A DNA stretch of 64,000 bases, taken from the NCBI RefSeq assembly GCF_001194135.2, contig NC_068989.1, positions 10,518,111 to 10,582,110 of the forward strand, read 5' to 3'. The translations under genes were made by a program, and so were the position numbers. The notes under the pieces are model-generated. The model saw only the letters and a program-made list of their open reading frames with translations, was not told the DNA's origin and did not search any database. Positions 37,818-49,660 of the stretch are shown piece after piece. The stretch comes from Octopus bimaculoides. Taxonomy: Eukaryota. The first letter of the stretch is position 1, and every line of letters begins with the position of its first letter.

Positions 37818-40800
37818 GGTTTCCTGTTTTCTTTCCTCTCTTCATTTCTTTTAGAGTCCTTTCTGACTTTATTTCAATTTTCAATTACAGTCCCTGCTCC
37901 CAGTCTTTCTTTGTAGAGGATTATAGATAAAAACTCCAATCCTCTCATAATAATAAAAAAAAACAACTCATGACTGGTATAAAGTATAAAATAAAATGTC
38001 TTTCGGTGTATTTAAAATGATATTACATTTCAATACATTTACTCTTTAGCATTCAAACAGGCCATATCTCCGAATATTCTATCTCTTTTACGTTCAAACT
38101 GGTCTGATCAGGTCTCTCATATCTACCCTACAATGTCATTCTAAAAATAAACAACCACACCATCAAGATTGTTAAGCTGTGGGATAATGCATGATTAATT
38201 CGAAATAATGTGAATAGATAAGCATTATCTATTTGACAGAGTGATCTGAATGCTAAAGGGTAAAATGTCTTTACTTTCCATAATGAAAGAAATTACTCTC
38301 ACTCATGTTTTGACATTTATATGACTGCTTTGTATTATGAAGCAGAAGTGGAACCTGTTTTGTTAGTTAGGAAACTAGAGCAACCAGACAAATCTGCTTT
38401 TACTCAAAACACAACACAATTGTTGCAATGGCATTTTTATTTGTGACTCCATGATATAAGTATTCTAATATTTACATCTCAAAAGGTCCAGTCTTTGGAA
38501 CTTGCTTGTGTTGTTTTCACAAGTGATAACAGCTATTAACTCTTTCAAAGCCTTCAGTTAATTAGTTAGATCTCATTGAGTAATAGCAATTTTTATTTTT
38601 CTGCTGGAATATGAAGACATGATGGACATACCTGCACAAGTATGTACCTCTCAGACTTCGATTCCTCATAACTTACAGAAAAATGGATATTTTTTAATGA
38701 CATTTTTCACAAATACCTTTCAGATGGTTTACATTCTGATTATAATGGAATTTGCTGTGTGAAGAGAAACTGGCAGGTGTGCATGCATACACAATGACAC
38801 ACTTCACATATAAATCTACAAGATTAAATTTGAAATTAAAAAAAAATATTATATGCTCTGTCAGTATGTCTGGTGCCGCCCCTTAGCTTACCAGCCCTGG
38901 TTAAACTGTCCAACCCATGCCAGCATGGATAACGGATGTTAAATGATGATGATGTATTATCGTATTTCTTTTCTTTTGTGCTTCTTTTGTAGACTTGATG
39001 ATTGTGATAATTTGTACAAAGAATTGTCAACTGAATATCAAGATTATTTACTGCTTCATGTTGCTCGGTTGCAGGCTCTAGATGCCGATAAAGTAAGTAA
39101 ACCGTAGTAAACTTAATTTATTACTGAATCCCATCTTTGTCATTTTCTCATTGTATTATAGTGCCAGCATCACGTCTAGAACCGGGACCTGAAAGAAGGA
39201 AATAACATTAAATTTAGATAAAAAATTAATAATAAACAACAAGCATAGGTGCTGGTGCCATGTAAAATGCATCCAGTATACTTTGTAAAGTGGTTGTCAT
39301 TAGGAAGGGCATCCAGCTGCAGAAACCAAGACAAACACCAATTTAATAACTACAAAATTATTTTACTAAATTCTTCTTTATTTTCTAAATAAATTGAAAC
39401 AAAGGCAACATATTTCTACACAAATATGCTAAGAAAAGGGTCAAATCTCGAAGATATAGTTTGCCAATGTTATTCACATTGTTGCTTTTATTGGCGTTGT
39501 TATAGTTGACAGTTGTTATCAACACTGACTTAGCTTGTGTACAATACAGCAATTGAGCCAATGTGGAAGTCTCTCTGTGGTAGCTTGACATGCTAGAAAT
39601 AACAGTCAAATTCTCTCAGATCACATATATTACAAAGGAAAAAAGGATATTTTAGAAATGAAATCTTAGGTGCTGTAAAAAAAGAAAAGAAAGACTATAT
39701 AGCTAGAGCTGGTATATTTTAACCATAGGTCTTCTCAATCAGGGCTGACCTGGAGCTAAATAATGACAGTACAGCAATATTAGTGGAAGCACATGGCCTA
39801 GTAGTTAGGGTGTCGGACTCATGATAGCAAGATTGTGGTTTCAGTTCCTGGACCGGGCAATGTGTTGTGTCCTTGAGCAAGACACTTCATTTCACATTGC
39901 TCCAGTCCACTCAGCTGTCAAGTAAGTGTAATCTTGCCATGGACTGGTGTCCTGTCCCAGGTTGGGAATATATATATATGCCTCAGAAACCAAGAAACCT
40001 GCCTCATGAGTCTCTATGATTCAGGGAAAGATCTCTTGTAACAATATCAAATATTAGACTTAATTTTTGATCACCATTTGTCTGTGATATTGTCAGTAAC
40101 TAATCCTATTAAACTATGAGGAATAGTGGGTAATAAGCTATTAACTTGATTTGAACTCTAAACCATCAGCTCTGGGGTAGTCTCTTTTTTTTATTTGTTT
40201 GCTATATTTGCGTCAGCTCTTTGCTTCAAATCCTGCTGTGGCTTACTTTGGTGGTAGACTTGATCAGTTTTACACCACCATTTGGCCCTTGCAGGGTTTG
40301 AACTCAGAACGCAAAGAATGAAGCATCTTGTACTATGTTCTAATGATACCACCAGTCTACCACTGTAGATGAGTACTTATTTATCAATAAATAAAGTACC
40401 AGTTTATAGAAGTGGGTTGGTGGAATCATTAGAACATTGTGTGAGATGCCTTGCTATAGTTGCCTTAGCTCTTTGCATTCTGGGTTCAAATCCTGCCGTG
40501 GCTTACTTTGGTGGTAGATTTGATCCACTTGGTCCTTGCATGTCTTTAGCAGAGTCCACTTTGTTGCCGGATGCTAGTTTTGGGTCAGGTTTCTAGTTTG
40601 AGGATCCTTTCTTCCTCCCTCCCACAAGGCTTGGAAGGACTTTGGGTCTTCCCTATTTCTTGACTAAGTGGTTAAAAAGGATAAAAAAAAAAAAATTCTC
40701 ATGGTAGCAATGACAAGTGACCAAGACCTTTGGCGATATGCTGTGCTTAAGAAGACCCGCAAAGACAAGTGAAATTGTAATTGTGGCCAATGCTGGTGTT

Positions 40801-43800
40801 ACTTAACTGGCACCTGTGCCAGTGGCATGTAGAAAGTATCTTTTTAGTGTTGGGCCTCATGGATGCAATGACAAACGAATGAGACTTTTGGCATTATGCT
40901 GAGCTTGAGAAGAAGGCCCATCAAGCAAAGTGAAATCGTAGTCGTGGCAGACACTGGTGTCATGCAAATGACACCCATGTTGGTGGCACGTAAAAGCACC
41001 CATTACACTGTCGGAGTGGTTGGTTTTAGGAAGGGCATCCAGCCATAGAAACCATGCCAAATCAGTTCTCATCAAACCGTCCAACCCATGCCAGCATGGA
41101 CAGTGGACATTAAATGATGATGATGATGAATACTCATAGCTAGTCTGGCTGAATCATTATGAGTTAACTGTGTTTTCCAAGGAAATAGGATAAAGTTGGC
41201 ACCAGATATGAACTGTCAACTCCAAAGACTAACATGTCATAAATATCATGCCTAGCAGCTGCTCCCACAAATATGACATGAATAATTATTTATTTTATCT
41301 GGTTAGCATGGTGGGATGGTTGTGAATGATTAAATAAATAATTACAGTCACAAAGATAAGACGTTATGAATAGACATTCTTTTTTCATATAAAAGAACTA
41401 ATCTTAAGTGTTGTGCAATTGGAAAATCCCTAGCCCTACTTTTCCATTTATCAGGTGTCAACAGAAAAATTGCCTGGTTGAATTATTTTTGCTTTTAGAT
41501 AGGCTGTTGAATGAGATTTTGAACAGAATTGTTTTACCATTTCAATTGTATGTGTTAGACTAATTTATATGACTCAGTGATGTGAATTTTCCTGCTTTGT
41601 TGCTATTGGCTTTTTTTTTTTTTTTTGGTCATTTCAGGATCGAATGAAAAAATTACCAGAAATCACAAAGGTTGCTGAACACATCCTCAGCAATATTGAC
41701 AAAGACGCTCTGCTTGCTTACTATGGCATGAAATCTGACCCCCGACCTAATTCTAGTAGTATTAAAATGTAACTATTATATTTCTTTTTCCTCACTGAAT
41801 TTTATAATCGATTTCCCCCCTTTTTTTTAAAAAATATTTTCAGTGTTTACTAACAGGTATGTCTTATTTTATGTGTATTTAGGTGCATGCATGGCTGTAT
41901 GGTAAGAAGATTAGTTCCCAACCTCAGGGCCTTAGGTTCAGTTCCACTGTCTGGCACCTTGGGCAAGTGTTTTCTACTTGTAGCTCCAGGCTGACCAAAA
42001 CTTTGTGAGTGGATTTGATAGAGAGAAACTGAAAGAAGCCCATCATATGTGTGTGTTGATTATTTTCTCCTTGCCTTGACACTGTGTGATAGTTGTAAAC
42101 AAGTGTCACTGTCATACATGCAGTGTCTGTCTCCCATCTTTGGTAGAAACATGTCTGCTCATGGGGAAGTATTACCTTACTTGGAAATAAGTAAGAGCAT
42201 TCGGCCGTACAAAATCTTGAAAGATGTTTGTATTTAGTAATTTTGTTGTCTCTTTAATTTTTCTGGTCAATTTGGTTGATGTTTCATGTTTGAAGTTCTC
42301 CGAGAGTATAATTAGACCAGGAATAACTGAGTATATTTTGGTTTATCATGATGTTTGGTGGTGGTGATGGTAGTGATGATGATGATGATGATGATGATAA
42401 TGATAGAAATTTTGTGGAAATAAAGCAGTAAAACCATTTACTATACTTTCTTTCAGAGAAATGGATAAACAGAAAAATATATTAATCGATACCTTTGTAA
42501 AACTTGGCTGTGCCCAGGCAGATACCCACTTAGAAGCTATGAAACCTCTGAACGCTGTGACCAGTGGTGATGATGAGCAAGTGACTGGCGTCGAAGACGA
42601 TGAAGATAATGATTGTGAACATGTCATACCAAAAGTACCAATTCAAGAAATTGATTCAATATTTGAAGAACTTATAAAATGGGTTGATCCTTTTGATTCA
42701 AAAGTAAGGCCAGCCTTTGGAACCTTTTTTTAAAATTTTAATTTAAACCCTTTAGCTTTCAGATTTCTCTGTCAAATGTAATGTTATTTATTTACGTTGT
42801 TTTGAATTAATCATGACATTGTAAGGTAGGCGTGAGAGGCTGGATCTGGTCAGTTTCAACATAAAACAGGTATGGCCAGCATACATTTGGTTCTCGTGCA
42901 GTAAGGGTTAAACCATCTTATAGCAGACATAAATGCAGGCATGGCTATGTGATTAAGGTATTCTCTTTAACGAGTTGCCATTTGTGATGTACTTTGACTA
43001 AGGTCACAATAGTTACTGCAGTAGTTGAGCTCATTAACATCTAATAAGAAGTCTGGTCCTTTTTAGCCTCACAGGTGTTGTCCTCATTCTGTTTGACCAT
43101 GTCAGCTTCAGACAATCTAAGAAACCATTAAATGAACAAACCACCATCATAATCCTTTCTACTATAGGCACAAGGCCTGAAATTTGGGGAGAGGGGAGTG
43201 GGCAGTCGATTAGATCAACCCCAGTATGCAACTGGTACTTCATTTATCGACCCTGAAAGGATGAAAAGCAAAGTTGACCTTAGGGGAATTTGAACTCAGA
43301 ACATATCAACAGATGAAATACCGCTAAGCATCTCGCCTGGCATTTTAGCGATTCTGCCAGCTTGCCATCTTTAAGAATCTTTTCTACTCTTGGCACAAGG
43401 CCTGAAATTTGGGAGAGGGGACTAGTTAGTCACATCGACCCCAGTGTGTAACTGGTACTTATTTCATTGCCCCTGAAAGGATGAAAGGCAAAGTCGACCT
43501 TGGCAGAATTTGAACTCAGAACATATCAACAGATGAAATACCGCTAAGCATGCTAACGATTCTGCCAGCTTACTGCCTCACTGCCATAATCATCAGCATC
43601 ATTTAATTCAAGGGTTCTCAACCATTATTTTTTTTATATCTATCGACCTCCTTGATTACCATTTTATTCTGGTGGACCCCCATAGCAATGTTTAAAAACT
43701 TGTTTTATAGAAACTCCTTCCAAAATTTCTAGGGAAAGAAACCCAGCTGTTTCTTGCAATACATACCAGCACATACATCTGAAGCAGGGGTCCTTAAAAT

Positions 43801-45316
43801 ACTATTGTGGATTCTCAGTTTACTATTTTATTGCATGGACCCTAAAAAAATCTTATATGGACCCCTCAGGGGCCTTATGGACTGCAGGCAGTTGAGAACC
43901 AATGATTTAATGCCTACTTTTCCATGCTTGCATAAATCAGATGGAATTTGTTGAGGCAGGCACCCTTCCTGTTGCTAACCCTCATATAGACATGTTTTTC
44001 ATAGAAAACTGGAAACAAACAACCCGATCTGTATGATGATGAGGCTCATTTACAACCATCACGTGATGTCTAGACAAGGGTACACACACACACACATACA
44101 CATGTATACCACAGTTTCCATTTATCAATCCATTCACAATCTTTTGGTTGACCTCGGGCTATAGTAGAAGACACTTACAAAAGGCACTGTGCTATGGGAC
44201 TGAACCCAAGACCACATGATTGGGAAGCAAGCTTCTTAACCACACAGCCATGCCTGTGCCCACACATGTGTAGGGTTTTCGTTTAGGTGTGCAACTTAAA
44301 ATTTTTCAAGAAATACAACTACAGATATTTATTATTGGAATGAAACGCCATTGCAATGGTTAATAATGTTGCAACAATGTAACAAATTTTCTCAGCCTTC
44401 ACCCTGCAAATTTAAAGATCTAGTGGCATTTCTTAACTGTTTAATTGTATGTATGATTGTGAGATCTTCTTGAGCTTATGGAATGTGAAGTAAAATAGAA
44501 TATACTAGAATATAGCTTGCACTTACCATTACAATAAAATCTGATAGATTGTCAACCAGCCGATTTACAGGCACCAATACCTATCTAGGTGTTCACACAA
44601 AGTTGTTCTACTGGACTAAATTCACATACACACTCACTCAGAAATAGGTCATCAACTAGCTCTACATGATTGATTGTAAAAAAGGAAAAGTTTATGTTGA
44701 CCTAAAGAAAGACAGTATTTCAATGAATTTAATACAAATCTGTAATGGTTGCCTTTAGAATAATAAAGAAACTAATTGTGCTGTTTTTTTCTTTCTTTCT
44801 CTCTTTTGCTTTCCCACTGGGTGACTGAACTGAAAGTTAGAGTGTGTAATAAAATGATTGAAAATTGAACATACAGTCAAGCGCATGCATGCACACACAT
44901 TTATTGGCGAACTGAAGACTCTAACCAATACAGTTGATATATTTTGCCGAATATTTGTTAATTTGCAGTCATGTTCAAACGCTGTAATGGATCTGTTAGG
45001 CTAACCAGCTCTAGTTACATTACATATACATAATCTTCATATGACATCGCCATAACCTAGTTGGTTATGAAACTCTCACCATTTATATATAGTTAGCACA
45101 GTAGAAATTCCTTCGAAGACCCCCACTGGGACATTTTAGAAGTCAATGGTGTGTATAGGTGAGGGTGTGCCTATGTGGTACGAAGTTTGCTTCCCAACCA
45201 CATGGTTCTGGGTTCTGTCCCACTGTGTGACACCTCAGGCAAGTGCCTTCTACTGTAGGTCCAGACTGACCAAAGCCTTGAGTGGATTTGGTAGATGGAA
45301 ACTGAAAGAAGGCCAT

Positions 45317-45363
<47 letters not shown>

Positions 45364-48300
45364 TTGCCTTGACATCACACTTGATGGCTGTAAACAAGTG
45401 TCACCATCAAACAAGCAATTTCTTTCATTTCCACTATTTGATTGCATTACCTTGTTTGGGAACAGGTGAGAGTTGGTAACAGGAAGGGAATCTGGCCATA
45501 GAAAATCTGCCTCAACAAATTTCATCTCACCCATGCAAGCATGGGAAAGTAGATGTTAAAACAATGATGAATGTAGCAGAGTCCATTGTTGGAAGGAGTA
45601 ATTAAGACAGGTGATAAATCTTCTTGCTCGTAATGTAATTCTATTGCTGATCGATAATCTGAAATCTCAAACCTATACTCAGGTAGTTTAGTACCTAAGC
45701 ATTCATACTCAGTTTTTTTCTTACTGAAGTGTAACATTTCTATACTTTTAAGCAGTGCAGCTGCATTTTTTTCTCATGAATAATGACCTACTTTCTTTAA
45801 GATTTATATCCTTGTCAGGTGACTTGTGTTCAGTTGTGCACATTAAAAAAAATATTTGTTATACAATTTGACACCCTTTGTGTTGCATATTTTATGTGCC
45901 AGTGCCATATAAAAAAACACCTGTGCTGGTGCCACATATAAAGCACGGAGGCTGGTGCCATGTAAATAAGCACCCAGTACACTCTGTAAAGTGGTTGGCA
46001 TTAGGAAGGGCACCCAGCCATAGAAACCATTCCGAACAGACAGTTGGGGCCTGGTGCAGCTCTCTGACTTACCAGCTCCTGTCGGGTCATCTAACCCACA
46101 CCAGCAAGGAAAGCAGACGCTGAATGAATGAATGGATGATGGTTTATAGTCAAGTGATCTGGGATTTAAGTGGGTTTTTTTTTGTTTTGTTTTTTTAATT
46201 GCTAAAGATAAATGTCCTAAGTTAGGTTGTGGGTACAAATTGCTGATCTCATGGTCAAGAAGTTCTCCTGATGACATGGCCTTCTGTGACTTTTCAGTTC
46301 AAATACTGATTTCTGAAAGCAGCACAATATCACAAGTTGTTGAGAGGGTATATCATCATCATGATCATGATCACGGTCTAGCATCCACTTTACCATTCTT
46401 GAATGAATCAGACAGAATTTTGTTGAGGCAGATTTTCTATGGCCGGATGCTCTTGTTGCCAGCTCTCACCTATTTCAAAGCCAAATAATACTTCCCATGG
46501 CCAGACATGTTTTGCATGGAAGATTGGAATCAAACAACCTCACTTGTATGCTGGTTACTCTCGTTTACAGTCTCCACATGATGTCAAGACAAGGGTACAC
46601 CCCCCCCCCCCCCCTTGAAGTGTCTTCTCAGAATAATTCAACTCCAGTACTTGTGTTTCTTTTAAAGTCTAGTACTTATTTTGCTGGTCTCTTTTGCCAA
46701 ACCACCAAGAAGGATGTAAACAAACCAACACTGGTTTGTTGTTGTTGTTGTTGTTGGCGGTGTGGGATTGTCAAACACAGATACAAAAACACACATTCAC
46801 ACACATGTATATATAAATTTTCTGTTGCTCTCTCTCTCTCTCTGGCCAAGTAACTATGTACCTCCTCTATAGCAAGACACCTGTTTCTGTCTCTCTGTCA
46901 CACTCTAACCTCTCATCATCTGACACAAGATCACTTCCTCCAATTCCCCCCTCCCCTCTCAAAAGTTCTTTGTCTTACAAGTTACTTGGTGACCCTGTCA
47001 GTGCAGGTGCCATGTAAAAAGCATCCAGTCCACACTGTAAAAAGATTGGCATTTAGAAGGGCAAATCTTCATGAAACTTTTTATACATGTTAAACCAGCA
47101 TCCACTTTGTTACTAGGCTCATTGCAGTTTAATAAAAATCTATAATTGGACACTAAACTCTGCTTGCAAAGAGCTGTTGGGGCAAGTGAAATCGAAATAA
47201 AACCAAATTTGATGACTGGCACCTGTGCCAGTGGAGCACTAACAGCACCATCCGAGCGTGATCATTGCCAGAGCAGCTGTCTGGCTCCCATGCTGGTGGC
47301 ACATGAAAAGCACCATTTGAGTGTGATCATTACCTACGTTGCCTTACTGGCACGAAAAAACATTCGAGTCAGGTCATTGCCAGTGCCGCTGGACTGGCTC
47401 CTGTGCAGGTGGCACGTAAAAAAACACCATTTGAGCATGGCCATTGCCAGTACTGCCTCACTGGCCCTCGTGTCGGTGGCACATAAAAGCACCCACTACA
47501 CTCTCGGAGTGGTTAGCATTAAGAAGGGCATCCAGCTGTAGAAACTCTGCCAGATCAGACTGGAGCCTGGTGCAGCCTTCTGGCTTGCCAGTCCTCAGTC
47601 AAACCGTCCAACCCATGCTAGCATGGAAAGCGGACGTTAAACGATGATGATGATGACATATATATATATATATATATGGGCTTCCACACAGTTTCCATCT
47701 ACCAAATTCATTTACAAGGCATTGGTTGACCCAGGACTATAATAGAAGACACTTTCCCAAGGTGCCTCACTGTGGGACTGAACTCGAACTCCTGTGGCTG
47801 CAATGCAAGAGTCTTAACCACACAGCCAAACTTATAACACTGTAACAAAGCAAAACAACATTTCTTCATAACCTTCATTTTACTATGCTATTATTCCTTC
47901 TATTAGTTTCATTGCTAAATTTCCTCTGTAATAACTGTAAAATTTCAGCTATGCAGCACAAACATTATCTCTAATTACTGTGTTATATTCCATTGTGCAG
48001 GTGATTGAATTTAGTGTGCGTCATGCAATGATGCACAAGTTGTATGGAAGGTCACTTCGTTTTCTGCTCAAGCAAAATGAGGAAAAGCCAAGCAAACAGC
48101 AGGAAAAACGTTGTACTGAAGTGAGTCATGAGTTGTTTATTTAGTTAATTTTTTTTTTGCATTTGTTATAAACTTTGATTTGATTTGAGTTCAGACTATT
48201 GTTTACTTAAACTACATAAAAAGATAAACCTGGGGTAAAATTAACTTTGTAATAATTTGATATTATTATTGACGGTTGATGTACAGTCCTCAGCCTAGGT

Positions 48301-48559
48301 CCTCCAATTTCCAGTTTAGTTATTTCATATAATTATATTTACTTTTTTTTACCTTTTATACATCTGTGTCTGTTTAAGAAATCTAGGTTTATTGAATTGA
48401 TGTAGTTTTTACAAGCAACAATGCTTTGATCATCTTTTGTGTTTCAATTTTAATCATTTATGATGTACAATTTTAGCATATAATAGTTTAAGTGAATTTT
48501 TTTTCTCACACTTTTTATGTTACATAGCCAGCTGTAATTAGTCCAGAAAATGAATTTGA

Positions 48560-48593
<34 letters not shown>

Positions 48594-49569
48594 AAAAAAA
48601 TAAAATAAAAAACTATAGACAAGACAGACAGTATTCACATGATATAACGACTGTGAAATGAAAATAACCCTACCGTACTGATTAAATTTTTGCTGATAAT
48701 GTAACATGTTAATCATATGCAAAGGAGTTGCAACTCCTTTCTATTGGTCAGTAAACTAAAATATATACAGGATGTCCAAAAAGTTTCGCACCATTCTTAT
48801 TTTGAAAACTATTGCATGCTTCATCTAACTGCCAAATCTTATCCTGTAAAGTTTCGTCTTCATGCATCAAGGCATGGAACATCTCCAAAAACTCAAGTCT
48901 GCGATCAGCATCTCTATAGTGCAGAGCTTCAGTCCACTCAGCTGTAAATAAGTCTCAGCAGTGGCTTGGAAGTTAACACTGTGGTGGACAGGCTTCCCAT
49001 CCAGGAGGAGTGTTGTAATCCCAGTCATTTATATGCCATGGAAACCAAGTTAGTCTCCAGCCTTATGAATCCTAAGGTTCATGACAGACTCCTAACATCA
49101 GACCCCTAACATCCACAGCTTTTCCAATATGCTAACTATGAACCATTGCTTACTACATGAAACTGCTTCTCTAACCCTTTAGCATTCAGATTATTCTATC
49201 AAATCTAATGCTTATTTATTCACGTTGCCTTTGAATAAATCCTGTATTATTTCATAGTGTCAAGATTTTAATGATGTGATTGTTTATTTTTAATTGTTAT
49301 TGAAGTGTAGGTGTGAGAGGATCGACATAGCTAGTTTTAACATGAAATAGGTAGGATATTTGGAGAGGGTTACCTGAAGAATAGTCACACCAGTCAATTC
49401 TTCAGGAGGGGGTAGCCTTGTGTAATGAATCTTCAGGTGTTTTAAACACCAGGGGTGATAATATTTAAGGTGCAAGGAGGGTCAGGTGAAATCAGAACGT
49501 TGCCAATGCCGAAACTACTGCTACCAATACCTCCGCCATCATTATCCTGCCAACACTGCCCCATTACGT

Positions 49570-49660
<91 letters not shown>

